From: Chrysomallon squamiferum
Taxonomy: Eukaryota; Animalia; Mollusca
Direction of reading: 5' to 3'
NCBI GenBank assembly: GCA_012295275.1
Contig: CM022665.1
Coordinates: 46,872,001-46,936,000 of the forward strand
Length of the DNA stretch: 64,000 nucleotides
Shown here: positions 13,903 to 25,700 of the stretch, one piece after another
Layout of the letters: each line of letters starts with the position of its first letter
Position numbering within the stretch: the stretch's first letter is position 1
Position numbers and translations under genes: made by a program
The notes under the pieces: generated by a model
The model's database searches: none
What the model saw: only the letters and a program-made list of their open reading frames with translations
What the model was told of the DNA's origin: nothing

Positions 13903-16518
13903 TATTATTATTATTATTATTATTAAGTTAATGCTACTGCTATATTACATATTTTAAGATGTCATAACACTTAATTGAATTTCACATAATTAAATTTCAC
14001 ATTTATTGTTTTACTGAAGAAAAGAATAAGACAAGCTTAATGTTCATTTTACATATTCATTTCTTCATTAACTGGACAGATTTTAGAATTAAAGTAACTG
14101 AACTAGACAGTAGTAAGATTTCTTCATCTTTCTCTTTTGTTAATACTGACAAATATTTTTTTTATCACTACAAACAATCATAAAATTGTTATTATATTGC
14201 AGCCCAAGGTAGAAAAGTATTGGCCAGGAAACCTACATGAACCTGTAAAATATGGTGAGATCACTGTTGAACTGACTAGTGATTCTGTACTGAACAAGTT
14301 CACTATCCGATTATTCAAGATATCACTGGTAATAATTTACACATTTTCAATTTTTCTGTACTTCTGTTTCTACATTCTCCTTCAAATAATAACAACAATA
14401 ATAATAATAATAATAATATGATTATTAATATTATTATTATTAATCTTTGCAAGAAATAACATAATTACATAGTGAATGTTATGATAAATTAATTGTAATA
14501 ATTATGCTTACAAAGAAAAGAAAATAAATTGAAGGAATTAACTTTGGCTCTGTAGTTGTTAAAAAGTAAAATAATTTTTTAAAAATTAACTTTTTGTTGA
14601 ACTTTTTTCTATCCTAAAAATGAATGTAATTAATTTGTGAATGTTCCCATTTTAAAAGGCTTCATCACTGATCAGTATTTACACACAATCCACAGATTAT
14701 CAAAAAGAAATATATAAAATTATTATTATTATTATTGTCAGGGCAAAGAGGAGAGACTGGTTAGACAGTATTTCATTCCTGGCTGGGAGGACTACAGTGC
14801 CAACCTGACACCAGAAGATGTCATAAACTTTATTCAGACAATTCGTAGAGAAATTCAACACACATCCGACTCTGGACCTATTGTAGTCCACTGCAGGTTA
14901 GTGATTTAGTACATTAACCTTTTACTTTTATGATTTATGATTTAATGTTTCTACTGCATGTCAACTCCTGTAATTTTTTTAATTATGAGTGATCCTTTCA
15001 ATTGAAGAATAGAATAGCCATGTGCATTATTAACAAGTATTTATGAGGTAAATTGGGAGTCATCAATACCACACAGTTATTTAAATACTGGATATATTAG
15101 TATTTTGCAATTAATTATCTGATACTGATATATCTGTAAACTAAATTTTTATGTAAAAACCAAACAAACCCCACACACTTTCTAACTTAAAGGGCATAAT
15201 CCTAGAACTGAAAAATACTTTAGTAAATTAATACACTGTATATATGCTTATCACTAAAAATATTGTTACAGTAATGATAATAATGATTACTGTGACTTGT
15301 CTAGATATGTATCTGCATATTTGAATAAACTTCAACCTAAAGAATACTAAACTTTTCACTTAAGAACACTAACCTTGACATAGCTTCTGTCATTAACCAT
15401 GTTCACGTATGTGTACAATGAAAGTGGTAAAATTAAAGATCTGAAGTAATACTGATAAAATGTCTTGATAAATAAATAAATATGTTGTTATTTGCAGTGC
15501 TGATATTGTAAATTGTAAGAGATAATTATAAATAAATATACTGTTACTTACAGTGCTTGTGTTGTGAATATGTCAGAGATAATTAATTATAAATAAATAT
15601 ACTGTTACTTACATTGCTGTAAACATGCAACAGATAATTATAAATAAATATACTCTTACTTAAAATACTGATGCTGTAAACATGCAACAGATAATTATAA
15701 ATAAATATACTGTTACTTACAGTGCTGGTGTTGGGAGATCAGGGACTTTCATAGCTCTTGATGTCTTCCAGCAGTGGGTTGATGAACATGGACTTGATGA
15801 TCAGCTTGACATGTTTGAGTATGTTCTGAAAATGAGAAACAACAGACAACATATGGTGCAAACTGAGGTAAATGTTTTTGTGAACTTGCTTGCTAACACT
15901 GATTCATTTTAAACTGACATATGTAATTATATCCATATCCTTAAAAGTCTATTTGTATACAAATCTATGAGAGAACTTACTATTTTATTTTAAAGTGTAT
16001 TTAACAAAGATACACATTTTAAATCTAAAGCTGTCAAATTCTCAACATTTTGCAAAATTTTATTAGAAGAAATGAATGGTATCATCTAATATTTCCTACT
16101 GCAAGGCATTTGTTTAATCAAAGATAATGTTGTATAATTCCAGTACAGAAATACCCAACTAGAGTGATGGTTTGTTTTACATAACTGCAGCATAATTAGT
16201 AGGAGATAGTAGCTGGACCTGTTTCAGATCAGATTTCTTCAGTTTATTTAATGTAACTGTGCTTTGAAATTTAGAAACAGTACATCTTCATCCATGACAC
16301 TCTGAGCGAAATGATAGAAAAGAGGAAGAGTGATCTGTGTCCACCTGACGACAACATCTATGAAAACAGAGATGTGTTTGACAACAACGCATTTCGTAAG
16401 TACTTCCCATGATGAAGTGTTTCTTTTCTTTTTAAATAAAATAATTTTAACCATTCTCCTACAATTTTAATTGTTACCTAAATCCAAACTTTGCACTCTA
16501 CTGAAATTTTTTAATTTT

Positions 16519-16549
<31 letters not shown>

Positions 16550-16848
16550 TGATGATGATGATGATGGTAATAATAATAATAGTAAAAAAATATGCACTGT
16601 ACTGAAAGTTTTTGTTTTAATAATAATAATAATAATAATAATTATAAAATAATTAAATATATAAATATATAAATGAAATAAAAAAGAAAAACAAATAATA
16701 AAACAAAATTTAAAAATCATTTGATTTGATAATATAATTATTAGTGTTGCTATTACTGTTGTCACAGTCGATTTTAATTTTTTCAGAAGCCGAAGAGGAA
16801 ACTTTTTATCAGAATGTTACACTTTCCTCTGGATCAACAGTGATGTAA
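1..16848 (+). CDS. Gene A: R3-subtype receptor-type tyrosine-protein phosphatase (PTPRB/PTPRJ/Ptp10D-like), 5'-partial, 28 visible exons
   Basis: Hand-spliced exons, all GT-AG and in frame: <1-217, 549-839, 1744-1931, 3152-3353, 3735-3905, 4303-4434, 4685-4872, 5677-5878, 6228-6398, 6733-6864, 7282-7424, 7583-7687, 7947-8010, 8400-8564, 8942-9064, 9735-9828, 10761-10831, 11217-11319 (TM), 11856-11921, 12409-12490, 12895-12985, 13256-13347, 13711-13845, 14203-14328, 14742-14896, 15723-15867, 16275-16395, 16787-16848 (TAA). Total 3837 nt. Encodes about 7 FN3 repeats, an FCNGPL stalk, a TM and a single PTP domain (KNRY, DYINA, YIATQGP, FWRMIWEQ, KYWP, VHCSAGVGRSG, QTEKQY), ending YENR...YQNV...STVM*. 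Confidence 0.93.
1744..6864 (+). repeat. Internal tandem duplication of a 4-exon (2 x FN3) block in gene A
   Basis: Exons of 188/202/171/132 nt at 1744-4434 recur with identical lengths and near-identical sequence, including introns, at 4685-6864. Confidence 0.92.
9977..10783 (+). repeat. ~380-bp intronic tandem duplication that includes a splice acceptor and the first ~23 nt of the next exon
   Basis: gctaactggg...ctggatgtaaaatgtaaa...atctcttgcttctaataattat...acttttacagagttgaaat occurs at ~9977-10349 and again at ~10402-10783. Confidence 0.85.
11217..11319 (+). other. Transmembrane exon of gene A
   Basis: ETSKVGLITGLIIAFVVITVLVIVIIVLIKKRK: hydrophobic run followed by a basic stop-transfer, flanked by ttacag and gttgat. 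Confidence 0.9.
12895..16330 (+). other. Classical PTP catalytic domain of gene A (spliced)
   Basis: NRVKNRYVNILPFDHSRVKL, DYINANYI, GYKGPREYIATQGP, DFWRMIWEQ, KYWP, PGWEDYS, PIVVHCS|AGVGRSGTFIALD, MRNNRQHMVQTEKQYIFIH. Catalytic Cys and Arg are intact. Confidence 0.95.
15470..15728 (+). repeat. ~55-bp minisatellite (5 copies) built from the splice acceptor of the P-loop exon
   Basis: Unit gataattataaataaatatactgttacttacagtgct.. is repeated. The last copy is the real acceptor (AG 15721-15722). Confidence 0.85.
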
Positions 16849-17739
16849 GAGCTAACTAGCACAGAAACTGCACTGTCAAGATTTTTCATCAACAAAACAA
16901 ACAAAAGGATAAATTAATATATAAAATGGAAAAAAGTAAAAGCCATACAACTTTAATCAGAATTACAACTAAAGTAACAGCAGAACGTGCTTTTTTTTTA
17001 TTTCAGCAGTTTGCATTAAATTTCATTAAAAAGAAAAATGAAAAAAAGGCATGAAATTTAAATTTATGAATGTTATCGCTGCCTGTTAATATTATGACAA
17101 GTGCAAACTTTTGACATGAAGGTATAGAAATTTTTAGCAATTTTTACATTAATAGAGATTTAGTAATTTTCTGGAACAATCATTATTATCTATCTAAGAT
17201 TTGTAAATATTCATTATTAATATTTATAATATCGAACACCTTCTTTTAATGAAACCATCATTTTCTTTTAATTAATTGCATAAGAAGAACAATAAGAATA
17301 AAGTACAATTGTAATGGTTTATTATTTCAATATATACATCTATTATTGTGTATACTTATTCTAAATAACTTAATTCCTTATCATTTTGTCTTCATTACAG
17401 TCAATGCAGTCTCAGTGTTTTAATCTATGCAAATATATTTTCTACTTTTCTAATGTTATTCTATGCTACACATATTTACTTGTATATAATTTTCTACCTA
17501 ATACATGTATTAACTAGTTGATTTTTCAATTTACATTTTTTTTTATTAGTATAAATGCATCCATTTTTGTTATTTTTCATTTCAGTAACTTGCTCCTAGA
17601 ATTTAGATCACAATAATAGTAATTTACTTTATGTAGTTTAATGAAACTATGTGATAACAAAAATAATGTTAATGTCAGGAAGATCTAAATTAAGTTTTAA
17701 AAAAAACTGATTTTATTAGGATCATTTATCTTTGATTAA

Positions 17740-17791
<52 letters not shown>

Positions 17792-18157
17792 TATTTGTGG
17801 TGAAATATATGTAATAATAAAACATAAGCCTTTTTTTTTAAAGAGTTCAGCCGACCATTTCATGCATTATCGTGTTTGGATCATTTTAAAATAAAGTTTT
17901 GTTATCATCAGCTTTGTAACTTTTTTGCATCCTGCTTTGAAGTGTTTTATAATGATGTAATTTTAGATTTCCAAATAATTGTTCATTTTCTATATTATTT
18001 GGTTGTTCTATTATGTTACTCATTTGTTTGCTGTGAGTATTTTGTATAAAGACTGATTTGTTTTTAAGTGATAATAAAAAATAACTTCAGTCAGCTAATT
18101 TGAATGTGATGATGTCATAAGAATTTCGTTCCATGAACATGTACAATTGATAATCAC

Positions 18158-18193
<36 letters not shown>

Positions 18194-19734
18194 GATTTTC
18201 ATTATGTTTGATATTTTAAAAGTATGTATTATTTATTGCTTATAAATAAATCTGTATTTAAAGTCATGGAAGACTGAAATGTAATAGTCGAACTGTTTAT
18301 TTATGAAAGTTTTAAATTTTAGACATAACTTTTTGAGAGCTGTGAATTTTGATGTTATATAGGCGCAATTATAGCGACATATTTTTGTACCCCAGTATCA
18401 TGTACGGTCGTTTTCTTAATAAATAATCACTGAAAAAATAGTGCATTGTTGGTTTGTTTACATGAATTACACACATTACATCATACTAAAAATATACTTA
18501 CTCAAAATCAGTGTAAAGTTACATAGAGAAAGTCCCAAGGAGGGGGGGTCTTAAGAATGTCACAAATTTTCACAATATAATTAATTATTTAAATATTTAT
18601 ATTGGTAGGAAAGGTAAATAGGCATTTATACAAACCTAATGACCTGTTTACTGTTTTTCCACACGTCTGTAGTTAAGAAAAATATTTCCTAAGATTAACG
18701 TCTGCGGCGTCCTCTAGTTCGGCTATAATTTGTAATTCGATGCCTCAGAAAGTTCTGGAAACCAAATTACTGTCAGTGGAAACAGCCTAAGAATATAGTG
18801 CATTTCTAAACGCGTGTTATTTTTATTATGATTTCTTCGTTTTGAATTCTTTGTATAAACAAAGCAACGTTTGCTACAAAAGATCATTTGAAAAAATCGT
18901 AATTGTAATATAGGGCACTATGTGAATTTCGCCCCAAAGTCGTTGTTTAGATATAAAACTCAAGCAACACGTCATAATTCATTTTGTCATCGTAGTTTAT
19001 CACGAGTTCGAATCAGTAGTACTTTTTAACAGTCAGCAACACGATATATTTGTTTACTATAATATTATGCAATAAATTTTTATTTTATGTAGTCTCGAGG
19101 TCTGCGGAAATTTCTATCGTTCTTGTATAATTTCGCACTACATCGTATTTAGTTAGGTATAATCGTGTGGGTAATTTGTTCATGCTTCCGGTTGCGGTAA
19201 AACGGCCTCAGTTTTATCCATCAATGAACCCGTAACAAATACGACAGTAATTATTAATTTTACTTTAGTTCGAGTTTCTATTAACAGAAAATATAATGTG
19301 GATATAAAATACTCACGAATTGTAATAAATGAAGAATATGATAATTAAATATGATGGGAATTATAATACAAATTAAAACGTAAATTTGTCAATTCCGAAT
19401 TTGCCCGGATATTTCGAATTAAGTAACGATCATAAAATCCATTCATTCACCTCCAGTTAAATAATCATCAAAGAATTTTCAAAGATTTGTAATTAAATCA
19501 TATCGGTAAGAGCATATCCAAACTTAATTTTCTGATTTAATAGCCTGAATTTAAGAGGGACCATCCAGATAAATAAATAAATAAATAAACAAATTAATAA
19601 AAGGAAAAAAAAAAGAGAAAAGGTAGAAAATAGAAAATGTTAAATTATTAAATAAAGAAGAATAATGAGAACCCCCCACCTAGTTTTTAACGATAGATGT
19701 TGACTTGCTTTTGACAAATACAACCATAATAATA

Positions 19735-19736
<2 letters not shown>

Positions 19737-19818
<82 letters not shown>

Positions 19819-19833
19819 TACAGACACACACAC
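19737..19833. repeat. (CT)n-(CA)n compound microsatellite
   Basis: Directly visible. Confidence 0.95.
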
Positions 19834-20457
19834 AATTTAACCAACTTAAACAAAACAGTGAAAATAGTTACTTTTAACAGTTTAAAACAACCAGAAAAAA
19901 AATATAATAATTTTTATTTATAAATTATATTTGAACATAAAAAGTGTATATATTTTGTTGATATATAAATGAAATATAAAACATATTTATTGTAATATTT
20001 CTGATTTGCATAATTATTTTCCTATATTAAATTTATGTGTTATTATACATGTAGAGACTATTGTGTTTAAATTTTTAGATAGCAGTTTCCTTCTGTTTGA
20101 CATTTTTTGCATATAAAAGGTACCATCACATTAATTACAATTATTAAATTAATATATCGGGAAGGCAAACCAAACAAAATAACAAATTATAAAAGACTGT
20201 GAACTTTAATTCTATATATCTCACAAATCATAGTTTGAAACTTTAGAAACTTTTAATTTTTTATTTTGTTTTATTTTTTTTTTTACAAAGTGCCAAAAAA
20301 TTAAAATTTTATATCGAAAATCGTAGTTGCAAAATCATCAGTGTATCTCTCATTTTCCCTGCAGAGCGTTCAAAGTCATTTTCTCCATGATTAAATGCAG
20401 CTGCTTTATCTCTTTGGTCGTCCAGTTATCACTTTTCTTTCCGTGGATCCTGTACTT

Positions 20458-20493
<36 letters not shown>

Positions 20494-20959
20494 GCCTTAC
20501 GTAAAAAATACAGGAGATATTTTGGTCAATAATGGCTTTTTGAGATATAACATTTAAAACTTTTTCCCCTCTAGAATGTACTCTAGAATATTATCAAGCT
20601 TTTTAACTTGAATGTTGAACTATAAGCAATGAAAGTTTTAATAAATTAGTACATGAGAAATATATTTACAAGCCTGTAACATAAAAGGTAAAAAAGGATA
20701 TAGCCTTTCAAAATATACAGTGTAATATTAGATAATAAAATAATATTTTCCATCTTTCCTTAAGATTTTCTTAGTATTAAGAAATGAATACAAACTATAT
20801 TAATATTAATATCATAATATATGAATAGACAATATATATTTACATAGAATAAAGTTAATATCAATATCAAGCACTATTTCTGAGAAGCTGGTCTATTTTC
20901 TGAGTGCAATATGAAACCAAATTGTTTCCCATTTTATAAAATAAATATCGAGACTACAT

Positions 20960-21266
20960 TTATGTTAGTTTGCTGTAGACATTTTGAGAGGGTGCTGTAG
21001 AACCCAGTCTTTCATATTCATTTTCACCAGCAGCAGCCTGTCTAACGTTAACGTAACCGTCATTTCCGAACGTGCTTGTTCCAATCTGCTGCGTGTCTTC
21101 TGCTTGTTCTGACAGCGGCACATTGTAGATGCCACTGACTTCTCTGTTTGAGAGATTTCCCACGTGACCACCATCTTGGACACTGCTCATCATTTCATAC
21201 TGGTCATTTTGTAAGTCACTGTTTCTTTTTGAAAATCCCCGTTTTGCTCTGTGTCTTCTGACGTAC
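20960..21266 (-). CDS. Terminal exon of gene B: tyrosine-motif cytoplasmic tail
   Basis: ctaacag|g continues the phase-2 TM exon: WYVRRHRAKRGFSKRNSDLQNDQYEMMSS...GIYNVPL...DGYVNVRQAAAGENEYERLGSTAPSQNVYSKLT*. Confidence 0.88.
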
Positions 21267-22701
21267 CTGTTAGAACATAGAATAATTATTTAATCATTTA
21301 TCTAGAAGGCAAATATGCCAACTCATATCCCGAACATTCGTAATAATTTACAGCTGAATCACAGATGAATACTTGGAGTAGGATGTAGCATGATGGTGCA
21401 ATGTTGGTCTCATGGCAAATTGGTTCTAGATTCTAGATTCACCAGTGCAACTATCAATATCTCATGGTTATTTTATAAAACCTACCTAGTCATTGGTATA
21501 TATTTAAAAAGTTCTTTTTTGCTAATTGATAAATGAGTAGTCTGTGATGAAACTGCGTGGGTTTCTTCTGTTTATCAAATGTGTCTTTAATTATAGGTAT
21601 AAAATAAAACCATGTTACAAGCAAATTGTTAATAAAACATTAATGCTATTAATGCAGGCTATTTCAAAACACTGCTTATTATTTTTGTAAGTGTTCCAAA
21701 GTGAAAAGACTTCATCACTGGTCAGTATTTTTAAAAAACAATCCACTGTTTATCAAAAAGAAATTATATCAGAAATAATGTAAAACATATTACTATGATA
21801 AATGAAAATTCTCTTCATTAAATTGTAAACCAAAACAAATTCTCACCAGAACAAAATTCCACTGACAACAACCAACAACAGGAAAAGTATCACTGTCACC
21901 ACAGAGAAGGCTGTAATAGCTGAACTGACTTGATTTTCTTTTTCTGATTTAGCTGTAAAATAAGAAGACATATAATGATGTTTATTTAACACACATATAC
22001 TGACACATACATAAACACACATAGTCATATTCCTAAATAGTCCCCAATGTACACATTTATATACAGATATTTACATAAGCTCATCTTCTCAGACACATAT
22101 TCTCATATACTGACACATGCACACACCTACATAAACACAATACAGACACAAATACACATGCTCACAGATGCACATATTCTGACATGCCAACACATCCACA
22201 ATACATGCAGACTTAAATGTGAATATCAAATACAGTTTAGTCTACACAAACCTGTTTTAGTTTCAAACTGAATTCCAGAACTTTCCTGGCAGCCAACATC
22301 AGTACAAGCAAAGAGAACAGCTCTGAAATCAGACAAACTTGAGTTTTATTTTCTGTTTCTAGAGTCGTAAACTAATAAAAGACAATGACATGATAATATT
22401 TAATAGCCAATCTGTTAATATTTAATTGTTTATATCCTTAAAAAGTTTATATAACTGTAACAGACTAACTAATCTGCTTTACTCAAGTTTGCTGTAGTAA
22501 AAACAAAAAAACAAAAAAAACAAACAAAAACAAAACAAACACGAATGAATGGATGTTTAATGAGAACCCAGCACGAAAATAAAATAACAAGAACAAGTAT
22601 ATTGTTATAATTATTATCTTTGATTTTGCTGTCACCTGTCAAATATTTATTTTATTTTCTGACCTGTTTTCGCGTTTTTATGAAATATAAGTTAACACAC
22701 A

Positions 22702-22754
<53 letters not shown>

Positions 22755-25700
22755 TAACTTATATTTCATAAATAAACATATTTTGAATACATTACTTAAT
22801 TAATAGCAAACTGACATCAATTTCTCCATATAATCTATATAAACAAAACAAACGAAAGTGAGATATGAATAATGATAAAAATTACAAACGTGTATTTGGT
22901 TGCAGGTTTCAGTGGTCCATTACAGAATAAGTGCTTTTCTATGCTACAGTTCATTGATCCCACCACATATTTCTCCAGTTCAAGATCTATAACAACAACA
23001 ACAACAACAATAATAATAATAACAACAACATTAACAATAATGTTAGTAATTACTAAATTTGTACATAGATGTTAGGCACAACAATTATATCAGTCTGTCA
23101 GTCAGTCGATCAATCAATCAATCAACCAGTCAACAAACCTGTCAATCAGTCGATCTGTCTGTCAGCCAGCCAATGAGTCAGTCGATCGATCAATCAGTGT
23201 CTTTCTGAATAGACATAATTTACCTTTATTAATCCAGCTGTCATTTGTAGCTCTGTATGGAAGTTTGAAATCAGTGAGATTTGAAATGTACCAGTTTGTG
23301 TAGGAACTGTAGTAATCTGTAGAGTGAGTGCTTCTGCGAAATCGTCTTTCTGTGAAAATCAATGATTGGTAATCTTATAATAATATGATAATACATTTCT
23401 ATAGATGAAAAGAGTCTAATTTCAGCAGTTCAAAGTATATTGTTTAAACACATAAATCTGAATGATTGAACAGTCTAATAGCATAATTATGACACGTCTG
23501 TAAGTTTCGTAAGAGATTAAAATGTCAGATACGTGAAAAAAATATGCTTCAAATACTTTAATCTGAATAAAAGATATCTCCATAACATGCTGAACATAGT
23601 CCTACACAAAAAATAAACATATACATAAAATAATTTACTTTCAAATTTGAAACATAGAATATGAAAACGGATATTTATAATAATTTAATATGTTCTCAAA
23701 GGATTAAGAATATTTGAAGAACACTCATAAATGGTTAATAAATATTTCAGATAGCGAACGTAACGTAAATGTTTACGTTACCTGCAGTGTAAACATCTTG
23801 TCTAAAAACAATGATTCCAGCCAGTTTTACGTGACCTGCTACGTTTTTGTAGACAGAACGAGGATGGACTATCATTACAAACTGTCTCTCGTACAGAGTC
23901 TCTTCTGAAGGTTTTCTTATTACCGACTCCAAATCTAGTGCTAGAAAAAAAAAAAGTATATTAAAAGTTTATATTTAGAAACTACATTTTAAAACTGAAT
24001 CAGTGTAAAAAAAATCTTTACAACTGTAAGAAAATCTAAACACTTTGAACACTATATACCATTACAACTGTAATAAAATCTAAACATTTTGAATCTTTGA
24101 TTTTATTACAGTGTTAATTCAAAACAAAACTAAACAGTTTCTTTAGAAATTGCCTATACTGGACGAATTGTAATTTAGGAGTAGAAGGATTAATCATAAA
24201 CAAAATTTACATTTTGTTAAGAAAAAAAGAAAAGAAGAAAGCAGTTAAAGTTTTTTGAACTTATTAACATTTTAAAAATGTCAAAACATACATTTGCTTT
24301 CTGTCATTTGGTACATCTTTGATGTTGGTCCAGAATCTAATTCATTGTAAGTAAACACACTGACAGTGTAGTTTGTGAAAGGTAAAAGATGTGTCAGGTT
24401 GTAGCTGAATTCTTTTCCAGCATCATTCAGTACACTGCTGTTAATATTCACTTTGACTGGTGTAACACCTTCACAATGCATATCACTGTCAACCTACAGA
24501 TGAATTGATAAATGTTTTAAAAATTAAGAAGAAAATGTTATTACAAATATTAATGTAACATTTTTACAATATGAAGACAAGCTGAGCTATTTCTAGTAAC
24601 TGTAACTATACTGATCTATTTGTGGTTTTCCATCAAAATATTTACTTTTTCTTTTATTAACAAACCGAAAAGTTACAATAATCATGAAAATAAACAAACA
24701 ATCAAAGAAACAAAAACAACAACAAACAAACAAACAAACAAACAAACAAACATAAATAAAACATAAATAAATAATGTTAATAAAATTATTTGATTTTATT
24801 TAATTAGGTGGTTATTAGAATATCTTGTACTCATAATCTTACCAGAAACTTGAAATAACAACCCCAAAACAAATGAATGTAATATTAATGATTTTTAGTT
24901 TTGTTTATAATGTTTTATTTATTTATTTATTTATTATAGTTGTTCTTTTTTTCTATTCGGATGCTTTGTTCTTCTGATCTAAAATAGAATCACTCAAGAA
25001 AATCCTCCCTCTCCACTATAAAAAGCTATCTTACATTCCTCATGCTGGTGCAGTCACTACAGTAAAATTCAACTTTCTGTTGACAAGTCTGATTTGAAAT
25101 TAGTTGAAGAGTTAAAATGTAAGCACATATAACACCATTGGGACTGTCAGGACGATTCCAAGACACAAACATTGAACTGTAGGTGAAGTCTGATACAACG
25201 AGACTCTTCACTTTACCAGGAGCTGAAATTCAAATATAAATTTGGAATAATTAATATGTAACATGCCATAGTGGAATAAAGATATAAACATCAAATTATA
25301 AATTATTACAATTATTACACCAGTACCTAACCATGTTCAACATTGATCAGTGTTCATCTGTCGTGTTAAGAATGTTTCAGACACAATGTCTAATGTATGT
25401 TTCCACTCAAAGAACTATTTGAAAATGTTATTTTGTGACAGTTTTCATTTAAAACTTTTTCCTTTGGCGATACTTTATATATATATTTATGTATCTATGT
25501 ATGTATGTATGTATGAATGTATGTTTGTATGTATGTATGTATGTATGTATATATGTATATATGTATGTATATGTATGTGTATATATAGTTTCTTTAAAAA
25601 AATAATTTTGTGATTGTTTCAGAATTGCTTTAACAAAGATAAACATTGGAAAAATGCTTAAAGAAAATAGGAAAATAGAAAATATATATACGTCTTAATG

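Noticed and set aside
15470-15728. Repeat-spacer-like pattern suggestive of CRISPR
   Set aside because: Eukaryotic intron. The inter-repeat segments are homologous to each other and there are no cas genes, so it is a minisatellite.
1-16848. Assigning a vertebrate gene symbol (PTPRJ/PTPRB/PTPRQ) to gene A
   Set aside because: The R3 subtype is supported, but one-to-one orthology cannot be determined without a phylogeny.
18480-19700. CpG-richer intergenic stretch between A and B with a G-run (~18539-18548) and a C-run (~19672-19680); possible MITE or TE
   Set aside because: No convincing terminal inverted repeats, TSD or ORF found by eye.
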